A stretch of DNA of 64,000 nucleotides from Bugula neritina. Its lineage: Eukaryota > Animalia > Bryozoa. The first letter of the stretch is position 1; every line of letters begins with the position of its first letter. The notes under the pieces were generated by a model that saw nothing but the letters and a program-made list of their open reading frames with translations, searched no databases and was not told the origin of the DNA. Location: the NCBI GenBank assembly GCA_964035545.1, contig OZ037765.1:34409504-34473503 (forward strand), given 5' to 3'. A program made the position numbers and the translations under genes. Of the stretch, positions 48,325 to 59,791 are shown one piece after another.

Positions 48325-50892
48325 AGGGAGAGGGAGAGGGAGAGGGAGAGGGAGAGGGAGAGGGAGAGGGAGAGGGAGAGGGAGAGGGAGAGGGAGAGGG
48401 AGAGGGAGAGGGAGAGGGAGAGGGAGAGGGAGAGGGAGAGGGAGAGGGAGAGGGAGAGGGAGAGGGAGAGGGAGAGGGAGAGGGAGAGGGAGAGGGAGAG
48501 GGAGAGAGGGAGAGAGAGAGAAAGGGAGTAAGAGAGAGAGGGGTATAAAACTGTTTGTAAACTGTAGTGCTTGGTGTATATCTAAAAATGTTTACATTTA
48601 CTTACAGAAGGGGTCCTTGCCAGCCGCCCCGTATGCCCTGTAGTAGGAACTTCTTAACTCAACTATCCTCTCACTTCTTTCCAGCTTCCACTCACCAAGA
48701 AAGCCATGAGGTATTGTTTTGCACACTGTCACTTCAAACAAGCCAATCATAAAGCAGGATATAGCTTAGAAGCACAAATAGACCAATCAAAAAGCAAGGA
48801 AGTTCTATATGAAAGACAACTCCACACAATCTGATAGACTTACTAGATGAGTCTCCACCAGCCCGGGCCACTGCGTTCCCTTTGGGCAACAGGTCCACCC
48901 AGTTCGGTTTATCTAAAACACAGAAGTACACTAAGTACTGACAATACATCAACTGTACCTGGATTCAACACCAGCATAGCTGAATATTTAGTCACTGTAC
49001 ACTGGAGAGGTTACTGTAGACAGAGACAATAACTCCATCAAGTAAGGTGGTTTGATTCTATTAGAAATACACACTACAGTAGGAAGACAACTCCAGGTAT
49101 GCCCTTTACCTCATGCTCTCTAGTTACAAAGGTACAATACAGTTAGTAATTTAGGCACAGTTCTTATCTTCACAGTATAAGCTAAGTTATTATTGGACAG
49201 GGCAATGTGCACTCATTTGGCACAAATGTTCACACAAACATCTGCTTTCTCGCAATATTCTTTCCCTCGAGTTTAGCGAGTGTGTTCGTGCATCAAAGAA
49301 AATGAAGATATCCTAAGTTTCTCATGAACTCACCAGTTAGATGGAACTTGTAGGCTACCCTCCTACTCCCCTCTCCCCAGAACTCACAGTCTATGCCATG
49401 TTTGTGAGAGAGTTGAGTGGCTGAAGAGTAGAAAGTAACAAATCAGTTCACAAGAAACAAGAAACTGCATGATATGCATATACAGTATACATTGTAGTAT
49501 ATCTAAATATAACTTTAAGGGCTAGTAACTTCATTACATGTTATTAATGAGAAAAGTGTTTTAATTAATACCTTTCAAAAATATATAAAGTAAACTTATG
49601 TCTTAAGAACTACTGTAACTATTTTCAGAGTTAGACTACAGTTAAAGGTTAGTACAGTATGCTAAACTACATGTCTGACACAACGTGAGGTCTAACATAC
49701 AGTTCTAACTTTTAATCTTAATTCAAAGTATGAAAATGTTTATTTACTTTAATTATAGTATATACATATTATAATATATAATGCAGCATAATTATACATT
49801 GATCACAACATAAGTATTAAAATGTATTCAATATAATATATATGAACTATAATATGGACATTGTTATATAATATGCATTACAATATATACATGTGCGTTG
49901 AATATAACTGAGTTGATTAAAACATTTTGTTGTCCTACATTCTAATATAAAAGCCCACACAGTAATCTATTCTAGAACATTCTTCTAGACACAGGAAGTA
50001 TAAACACCGTGACAGGAAATACTTACTCTCGCGTACCACCAACCCGCTCACCGCCCCCTCCTCCTTTTGTAGTCTGAGGCACATAAACTCGCCGCTATCA
50101 CGGCTTCGTGACTCACTCAGGGCTGCCTTCACCTGTATGACATCATCATCACACCTGAGACTGTACCAGTGTAGCTTCAGACCACCTGCGGCCTTACCTG
50201 CCCACCATAATATATTATATAGTGCCCACTATAATATATTATATATTGCCCACCATAATACATTATATACTGCCCACCATAATACATTATATACTGCCCA
50301 CTATAATACATTATATACTGTCCACCATAATACATTATATACTACCCACCATAATATATTATATACTGCCCACCATAATACATTATATACTGCCTACCAT
50401 AATACATTATATACTACCCACCATAATACATTGTATATATACTGCCCACCATAATACAATATATACTGTCCACCATAATACATTATATACTGCCCACCAT
50501 AATACATTATATACTACCCACCATAATATATTATATACTGCCCACCATAATATAATATATACTTATATATAAGTATATATAGAAGTACATATATACTTGT
50601 ATAGAAGTATATCTATACTCGTATATAAGTATATATATACTCGTATAGAAGTATATATATACTCGTATAGAAGTATATATATACTAGTGTAGAAGCATAT
50701 ATAGACTCGTATAGAAGTATATATATACTCGTATAGAAATATACATAAGCTCGTATAGAATACCAAACACATCGTCGGGAGGTCCTAGTATACGGAAATA
50801 GTGTTCGCTGAGCCACAGCTGTCTTCCCTTCTGACCAATCAACTGCCAGCGTTTAGTGAAGGATGGAGGAATAGTTTGGCATGAGAACAAAT
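44993..50892 (-). CDS. Uncharacterised multi-exon protein: two tandem ~110-aa Cys-containing beta-type domains, then low-complexity/repeat and Tyr/Pro-rich regions; 5' end unresolved
   Basis: Phase-compatible exons near 50892-50764, 50197-50027, 48912-48844, 48726-48606, 48028-47948, 47853-47767, then ~47579-47407, 46297-46161, 46073-45734 and 45391-44993. Repeat 1: [14 protein letters not shown]...YFRILG...WYSLRC...MCLRL...VSG. Repeat 2: [14 protein letters not shown]...YYRAYG...FYSLVC...QCLVL...MSG. Confidence 0.65.
46485..47392. repeat. 22-bp AT-rich minisatellite (ATTACATAATAGTACATCATAT) x ~41
   Basis: Starts just inside a minus-strand donor site (~47406). Confidence 0.92.
48046..48543. 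repeat. ~500-bp (GA)n/(GAGAGG)n homopurine-homopyrimidine tract
   Basis: Almost pure purine on the plus strand; fills most of one intron. Confidence 0.95.
50198..50760. repeat. Two adjacent minisatellites: 24-bp (CTGCCCACCATAATACATTATATA) and ~22-bp (ACTCGTATAGAAGTATATATAT)
   Basis: One abuts the acceptor and the other the donor of the same minus-strand intron. Confidence 0.88.
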
Positions 50893-50986
50893 CTACAAAG
50901 TGGAGACAAATCTACAAAGTGGAGACAAATCTACAAAGTGGAGACAAATCTACAAAGTGGAGACAAATCTACAAAGTGGAGACAAC
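50887..50986. repeat. 19-bp repeat x5 containing a minus-strand acceptor (CTCCACTTTGTAG|ATTTGT)
   Basis: The AG (CT on plus) occurs at 50893, 50912, 50931, 50950 and 50969. Confidence 0.88.
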
Positions 50987-51789
50987 TATTCACACAAAAA
51001 TGTATAAATTCTTCCAACGATAATGCCACTAATGTATATATACACATTCCACACCTGTGTGTACATATGACTTCATGTAGATGTTGTGATACTCAGTTGG
51101 AAGTCTTGGTATTACCTAATTCAAGTTATCAGCTTAAGATTACACATACATATATAGCTAATTATAGAGCAGACAACTCCAAACAACATAAATACCTCTT
51201 TTATAAATATGGCTGAAGCTAAATGGCAGAGCAAACACAACTAAAAGAGAAATCAAATCAACTCCCATATTATGAGCTGTATGGAGTAGCTGTATGGAGT
51301 AGCTGTACAACACACTGCGATATTTTCCAGTGCATAGGGGATCACCTCACACTCAACAATACCCCTGCTGCTGCTGCTAACATCTCAATGCATTGTTAGC
51401 ATGAAGATGCATTGTTTACTATGTATACTTAACTTATATCAGCTGCTAGCAGATGTTTTCTACTGAAACTGGATGATGTTGTAAGTTGTACACAGGTCTG
51501 TATTAACAAAATAAACTGAAGTCTGAAATTAACAAAATTGCAAAACTATTTTGAACTATAAATATATTAATTGAACTATATTGATCTGAACTTGAAGACA
51601 ATTATATCAATATGAATATGAATTCAAATCATAAGCTAATTATTGCATGGGGAGAACAAGGCACTATAGAGCAATATAATTGGCTTCCATGCCGTGATTG
51701 AAAATGCTTTGATTTCTTCCGGGACTAGTATATACAATAAATAGAGTTTGAGTATTTACAAAGAAATATTCATATGAAGAGATCATAGG

Positions 51790-52262
51790 TCTATACAAAG
51801 AGATCTAGAAACAATACAAAGAGGTCTAGGCATAGTAAAAAGACATCTAGAGGTAGTACAAAGACATCTAGAGGTAATAAAAAGACATCTAGAGGTAATA
51901 CGAAGACATCTAGAGGTAATACAAAGACATCTAGAGGTAATACAAAGACATCTAGAGGTAATACAAAGACATCTAGAGGTTCTACAAAGACATCTAGAGG
52001 TAATACAAAGACATCTAGAGGTAATACAAAGACATCTAGAGGTTCTACAAAGACATCTAGAGGTAATACAAAGACATCTAGAGGTAATACAAAGACATCT
52101 AGAGGTTCTACAAAGACATCTAGAGGTAATACAAAGACATCTAGAGGTAATACAAAGACATCTAGAGGTAATACAAAGACATCTAGAGGTTCTACAAAGA
52201 CATCTAGAGGTAATACAAAGACATCTAGAGGTAATAAAAAGACATCTAGAGGTTCTACAAAC
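51790..52262. repeat. 21-bp minisatellite (ACAAAGACATCTAGAGGTAAT) x ~22 in the PTAR1 3' UTR
   Basis: Begins about 13 nt after the PTAR1 stop codon. Confidence 0.9.
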
Positions 52263-52274
52263 ACTTGACTAGCC

Positions 52275-55200
52275 TCAGCTAACACGCAGAAGTGTTTTCA
52301 GTCCTTTGAGATGTGAAACTATCAAATTATCAGTTGATGTTCGAAGACTATGCAGCTCGTCGTCCACCATCTTTACACAACGTTCCTCCTTCCTCTTAGA
52401 AAGCTGATATACAATCCATTTCCTGTCAATATATTATTTATTGTCTCACTGTGGGATGACAACTTCAAATAGCTACGTTGAAGCGAACTGTATATACTTA
52501 TACTTACAGTAGTTAGCTAGCATAGTGCATAATAAATCTGTCAACAAAAATGTTGTTCCTCAATAAGGTTTGAGGCAAACTTATCCAGTCCATAGTAAAT
52601 CACTATATGATGATGAACGGAAATCAGCAGAAATTAGGCTAAATGTTTCCAGGTTTGGGGCGTGGAGGGATACGCTCTGTTATAAGTGGGCATGGTTTGA
52701 GGCTACACAGCGTAACTCTAGGATACAACCTGGGGAACCATTTATTCCTCAGTAAGGAGCAACTTTCGTTGGATGCCCCTCCTGACATCAACAGACATCT
52801 AGACACGTTGCGGGTGCCTCCATACCCCCCCTCCCCCATCTAACTAATGTCTCTATACTAAACACCTTAATCAACACTGTACACTATTGGAATACACACA
52901 GTATACAGTTTTTAATGTTTATATTACATCTCATATAATACGTGCATTTTACGTAAATCATGGTCATGAGAAACAATGAACCTCCAATAAAATTAGCATT
53001 ATGTTTTAATAACACTATTAGTAGCAACAGTTAAAAACTATACCAGCTCTATAATATGAGTATATTGTAATATTATATTACACACATGCTACACTGTACT
53101 GTATCACATGACTATATGACTATATGACCATAGTACTATATGACTATATATGACTTTATTACTATATTACTATATTACTATTTGACTATATTACTATATT
53201 ACTATACCTGTGATACCAGAGAGACTGATGACCAGGGTACAGCTCTATCAGTTCACACACATCACTGTATTCATACGCCAAGTCATCTGGTCTGAAATCA
53301 CACGATATACAAGCTGATGAGATGCTCATAGACACAGGGAATTCTTCACACACTCAACAAACCACTGTCCCTAAGTTATTCCCTCGTATAAAATTAGTGT
53401 GTGTCTTTAATGTAGATATACAGCTGTTCATTCACTTCTTTATTAACATATATTACCATAACTACTAGCAATCTACTTCAACTATCACTCTGAGTCAGTA
53501 CTACTCACTGTGAGTATAGGGTCAGTACTAATCACTCTGAGTATATAGTCAGTCAGTACTACTCACTGTGAGTATAGGGTCAGTACTAATCACTGTGAGT
53601 ATAGAGTCAGTACTACTCACTGTAAGCCCAGTTGACTCAGTAGATACTGGCAGTAGCTAAACACGCAGTACTGAGAGACGTTCATCTCCCGCCATTTTCT
53701 CATCCTGTCCAACTCAGCTCTCCATATCTGCAAAAAGAAATCAAATTTCTCAGTTTACTTCTGTATCAACCTGCAGGTTGCTGCATACATTGAGGAAGGT
53801 TGTTTGGAGGTCGACTGCACTAAAACTAGGTCATCCTGACGGCTGCTAATAATATTTTATTAAAGTTTTGCCTGAATGAGCAAATTATGCTCATCTTTGA
53901 CAGGTGGAAGATTAATGTAGCCATTTCAACAATACTGAGGAATATTTAGTAACGCAGTTCAGCTCCCCTGGCAATACAAACTCGCACCTGTGACTCACAC
54001 AACACTCAACAAGCAACTTCTATTGAAATATTTGCTAGAGCTCTGCTAACTCTAGCAACGGTACTACGCTATTATAGCTCTGCTACTATACTGCTATAAC
54101 TCTGCTACTATACTGCTATAGCTCTGCTACTATACTGCTATAACTCTGCTACTATACTGCTATAACTCTGCTACTATACTGCTATAACTCTGCTACTATA
54201 CTGCTATAAATCTGCTACTATACTGCTATAAATCTGCTACTATACTGCTATAACTCTGCTACTATACTGCTATAACTCTGCTACTATACTGCTATAAATC
54301 TGCTACTATACTGCTATAACTCTGCTACTATACTGCTATAAATCTGCTACTATACTGCTATAACTCTGCTACTATGCTGCTATAACTCTGCTACTATACT
54401 GCTATAACTCTGCTACTATACTGCTATAACTCTGCTACTATCCTGCTATAACTCTGCTTTTATACTGCTATCACTCTGCTACTATATTCTTGCTTTGATG
54501 CAGCCACAAAACAGGAAATGAATACAGCAGATAAATGGATTCGCTATATCCCAACTAACATGACTGGGTGATAACATCTAATATTACCATTACATGCCAG
54601 ACTTGAAGAGGTTGCAGATGTCAATATTGATTACGAGTAAGAGTTTAGCTACACAATACAGCTAGTATACATTATACACTTGACAGCAGAGCAGTGACAG
54701 CAGAGCAGTGACAGCAGAGCAGTGGCAGCAGAGCAGTGACAGCGTGGTGTGACAATAGCTATCTTATAGTCTATTGTATGACTGCACACAGGGGATTGTA
54801 GTGGGCAGCATATAGCAGTGAATGTGTGATGTACTGAGATGTGTGTGCAGAGTAGACAGGGTAATACTAATGTTGAGTACATAGATGGCAGTGTAACATA
54901 ATATAGTGCAATAATATAATACAACACAATACAATAACATAATATAGTGCAATAGTACACAATAATATAATACAATATACTGAAATAGTGATAAAACATG
55001 ACACGGAAGATGTCTGTGTGTATTGAATAATAGAAATGCTGCCCTGCTCTGTTAAGTATAAAGTTGATTACATTGTGTGCTTGCTGCCGTTGGTTTGGCA
55101 TCACGCTGACAGAGCGGGCTGACTCATACCTGTTTGCTGGAGTGATGAGTCACACAGAAGAGGCGATGACTCCAGGAGTAGTAGTTACTGTAGTACCTGT

Positions 55201-56569
55201 CAGCAGTGAGAGTGCAGAGTTGTAACTCTGCACTCAGTAGAGTGTCCACCATGTTCAACTGAGTCATCAGCCACCGTCTTACCATGAAATCAGACAAACA
55301 GTGTCTAGACATACAGTATACTGTGTCTAGAGTCTAGACATACAGACAGTACACTGTGTCTAGACATACAGACAGTATACTGTGTCTAGACATACAGAGA
55401 GTATACTGTGTCTAGACATACAGAGAGTATACTGTGTCTAGACATACAGAGAGTATACTGTGTCTAGACACAGTATACTGTATGTCTAGACAGACAGACT
55501 AAAATCAACCAACCTGTGCTCGAAGGTTGCGGAACTTTTAGGGTGTAACTTGAGTATCAACTTGGAAACTAGTCTTTCCTCGTCCAATGAAATCACTCCT
55601 TGTATACAAAGCTTCTTCCTGTAAATGAAGAGGAAATGCTAAGAATAGACATAAAAGATGGAGGTGAAAGAGCAGAGAGTAAGAAGAACAACCAGCTACA
55701 GAGAGTAGAGCTACAGAGAGTAGAGCTACAGAGAGTAGAGCTACAGAGAGTAGAGCTACAGAGAGCAGAAAGTAAGAAGAACAACCAGCTAGAAAGAGTA
55801 GAGAAGATCGTACGAAGCCTACTCACCTCAAGTTCCAAAATACTAGACAGTTGGGGTTAGTTAGAAGTAGCACCAGCGACCATTTACTTGTATCTACAAC
55901 AGAGATGTACTATATGTGTGTGTATTGTGTGGTGCATGTATTGTGTGTGTTGTGTGATGTGTGTACGTGTGTGTGTATTGTGTGGTGTGTACGTGTGTGT
56001 ATTGTGTGGTGTGTACGTGTGTGTATTGTGTGGTGTGTATTGTGTGCTTGTGTGTATTGTGTGGTGTGTATTGTGTGCTTGTGTGTACGTGTGTGATGCG
56101 TGCATGCGAGCATGTGGGACAGGTGCAGGTAAGTACAGCTATAATACTTTACCTGCACACTGAGTGGCTGCAGAAGCTGCTAGGGTCTTATGGTAGAGGT
56201 TAGAGTAGAGAATCCTCAGAATGTTACCGGGTATGCCGAGTTGGCCGAGCTCCAGGGGGCACAACTTTACTATGTCCTCAGAAAGGATAGATTCAGGGGG
56301 TAAAATGTGAACCTCACTACAGATAAATATACAACAGATAAACTGAAGAAACAACATTATGTAACACATATATAATATGAAAACAGCTGTCCAACTGCAA
56401 CAAGTTACTAGTATTATCTTCAGTAAAATATAGATAGCAATTTAAAAGAGTATAACATTTAATTGAAACTGTAATTGTTAGACCAGCAGTTGTACGAGAT
56501 TTCAACTCACTCGACTTCTTTCTGTGTGATGATTTGGTGTAGATAATCAACACTTCTGCTGATGTCCAT
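52275..56569 (-). CDS. PTAR1: Protein prenyltransferase alpha subunit repeat-containing protein 1 (GGTase-III alpha subunit)
   Basis: Spliced exons give LLLTNPNCLVFWNLRKKL, LILKLHPKSSATFEHRRWL, ELQLCTLTADRYYSNYYSWSHR, WREMNVSQYCVFSYCQYLL and LIELYPGHQSLWYHRKW. These resemble human PTAR1 LLLNPDFTTAWNVRKEL, TKFPKSPETWIHRRW, RYPSNYNAWSHR, HVSDHSGFHYRQFLL and YPGHETLWCHRR. ATG at 56569, TGA at 52277-52275. Confidence 0.9.
54065..54486. repeat. 22-bp minisatellite (CTCTGCTACTATACTGCTATAA) in a PTAR1 intron
   Basis: About 19 units. Confidence 0.9.
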
Positions 56570-58619
56570 CACTCTTCACTCACACCTGGCTAAAAAGTTA
56601 TAAATAGAATTATGACTAGCAGATCAATATATAAAATATATAAATAGTATACTTTAAATGTTATTGCATCATATGTTAATATATTAAACTGCAAAATTGC
56701 AAGCTAGACGAACAACATGCTTACCAATTACAGCGGTGCTAATATAAACAATAATTATGACTTGGCATAGTGTCAGAACTGACAGGATAACAAAAATATT
56801 AAAGACAATAACAATCAATGCCATAAGAATCACTCATTGATAGTAATATTCCATCAAAATCGAAATTAATGTAAATCAAAATGAAATCCCAATTATAAAT
56901 TGCTATTCTCTTCAAGCTTAGGACTCAAGCAGTGAAGCATAAAGCTTGATAATCAAATAAATTATTGCACTATGACTATGAGAATGAGTATCAGTATGAA
57001 TAAACCTAATACTATTAGTAGTAGTAGCAGCAATATTTAGGTAATATTAGTAGTATTAGTATTAGTATTACTAAGAACAAATCTGAATTATAAATATATC
57101 ATCAATAGTAATAGTAATGGCTAATGCTATTAGTACTACTAATTACAAAAATTAACAATTGCTTTGTGATATAATTACAATAATTATTATATATGAGTAT
57201 AACCAGAATATTATATTTATTAGATTTATTAATATATTATTATTAGTTTGATATTTTCATATCAAATTTAATTACTATTAGAATTATTATAATGATATCA
57301 ATATCATTATAATTTATAATATCAGTATGGTCAAAGACAAATGATCATAATATTAATGGTGATACTGATGATGGTAGTGATACTCAAAGTCAATCTCATA
57401 CTCATAGTGATAGTCATACACTCATTTGCTGATAGTCATAATGATAATCATAAAGTAAATATAAAACTAAATGTAATATTTCTAGCAGTAGTGATAGTGA
57501 CTGATACTAGTTGTAAGTGATAGAAGGATATTATTGATTATTATTAATGTAAACATTATTGACTATATTTATACTTATACTAACTCTAAGCTAATACTTA
57601 TAGAAGTTATAGTGAAATTTAATGTTATACTTATAGTGATAGTACTACTACTACTACTCATACTGGCAGTGACTGATACTAGTAGTAATACTAATGCTAA
57701 TATGATATATGTATAAAATTAGATAATAAACTTAGTCTATTGCTATTATTATTAGCATTAAACTTAGTATTGCAGCTATTAACATTAGTATTACTACAGT
57801 AATAGTTGGTCAGTTTCAGTTTTCAGAAACTGAAAAGGAAAAGCGAGCTAGGGGAGCAAAATAGGGAAGGGGAGGAGGCTTTAAAATAAAAACTCTAAAA
57901 TAAAACCCAATAAAACTTATGCTTAAAACCACAAATCTCACAGAGCTAATAGTAGAAAAATAGTTACATAGAAAAACGAGCTTAGAAAACAAATACCATA
58001 CTTCATTGTCAAAATGATAATACATGTAGTTGTAATTAAAATAATAATAATATTATTTCTTACGATTTGTGCAGAAGTTAATATATTTGAGTCGCTACAA
58101 AAACAATAATTATCGCTTCCTTAAAAATCGGGAAATCGAAGAAGTGTATACTATTTATTTTATAGACCGTTTCCCTGCTGCATCAACTGCCCAGGCAATA
58201 CTGCATTAGATAATGGGTGACAATTATTTTGATATCAAGCAGCAGAAATATTGCTCAGTTTCAATAAAACACGACATGACATGACAATCCATCAGCTAAG
58301 CTGTTACAATCTGACATATTAGTGATGTTTCAGTTTGTTGATTGACTTGGAGAACATAAATACAGACATGCACTAGATGTGCACACTTTTATGTAATGAT
58401 TGATCTGTAAATTAAACAAATAATTATTAAGAAAGATGTTATAACTTAAATCTTACTTTTAAAGAAACTTTTTTTATCCTTTCAAAGAAAATATGGGTGT
58501 ATTGCAGGTAAAATATTGATATATTTGTGCAAGTTTATATTCACTATCCCTGTGAGAAAACCCCTGGTGGAAGGGGTTTTTGTTAAATCGGGCTGAGGAC
58601 TTATTAAGAAGAGGCTCGT

Positions 58620-59139
58620 TAGACGATGTAAATTTGGTACATTTATTACCTTGCACCAACTCTAGAATATTCACCACTATAATGTGTATAAAACTCTACC
58701 TTTTCAAATGCAAATGCATTAGGCCAATCAGATACAAACATCAACTTATCGTGTAAAATCCTGCCAATCAGAACTGTTTAAGAGCTGCTGCGCTTCAAGT
58801 CTACCCAACTGCCAAAAACAACCAGCTCATTCACCACTATGTCAATAAAAAAACCATTATATGTGTTTTTCAAACAGCTGGGGTTGTGGTCAAACTGCAC
58901 CAGGGTATTTGTGCAGGAATAAAAAAATTTTTAGCACTTAATTTAAACATTTTGAAAAATGAACTCATGGTTCATAAATTTAAGATATGAAATAAAATTA
59001 TGCATGTAATAAAAGTTGCACAGCTATTTTCTAAAAGTATGCATTTAGCATTTGAACTTGCAGAAGTTTATATAAGTTATAGTGGTGAGTATTTTAGAGT
59101 TGGTACAAGATACTAAATGTACCAAATTTACATCGTCTA
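58620..59139. mobile_element. 520-bp MITE with ~63-bp terminal inverted repeats (TAGACGATGTAAATTTGGTACATTTA...)
   Basis: Terminal inverted repeats clearly visible; no ORF. Lies between the divergent PTAR1 and PPxY genes. Related to both arms of the element at 61453-63541. Confidence 0.88.
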
Positions 59140-59480
59140 TTATGACTGGATGCTCTTCCTAACATCACCAATGACCTTAGTGCTTACTAGGCAAACGCTT
59201 TAACCCCTAGACCACAGCTGCTCCCTGTGTATTACAGGTAAAAGCTCTGTTTTATTATTTGAGCAGTGTTTTTGTGTGCTATACTTGGTTATAGAGTAGT
59301 TCACAGTAAAAGACTAGACTTTTCCTGCTTTTGGAAATAGGTAACTTTTAATAAAGAAAGTAACACTCAATGAAACATTGACACTGATTATACAGCATAA
59401 CCCAATATAATAGAATTGGGTGTGGTATAATAACCTAGAAATTATAATTATAATGAACATTAGGAGGTCTTGCTGTACAG

Positions 59481-59504
59481 TTGCGTAACACGACGTCACG
59501 TGAT
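59481..59504. promoter_or_regulatory. Motif cluster: C/EBP-like TTGCGTAA plus overlapping CRE-like and CLEAR-type E-box GACGTCACGTGAT
   Basis: In a CpG-rich patch ~300 bp upstream of the ATG at 59792. Function is inferred only. Confidence 0.35.
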
Positions 59505-59791
59505 TTACACATCTCGTCTATAGCTGTGAATCGCAGACTGACAGGTCGCGATTGAAAGGTGATTGAACGTAGAGTAATCGTATTCTATTGGTTAAAGCAG
59601 CCGGTGAAACCTCTCGTCTGCGAATACGAAATGATGACAACGTAATATATAATGTATAGGTAGAAGTCTGTTAGATGGTTCATTGCTTTCATGTCAGTGA
59701 AGGACAGCTAAGTGGTAGGTTGGAGAACGCTCTGAATTGAATACTTATCTTTAGTTTACAACTACTTAGTCATCAGTACTTACTTAACAGC

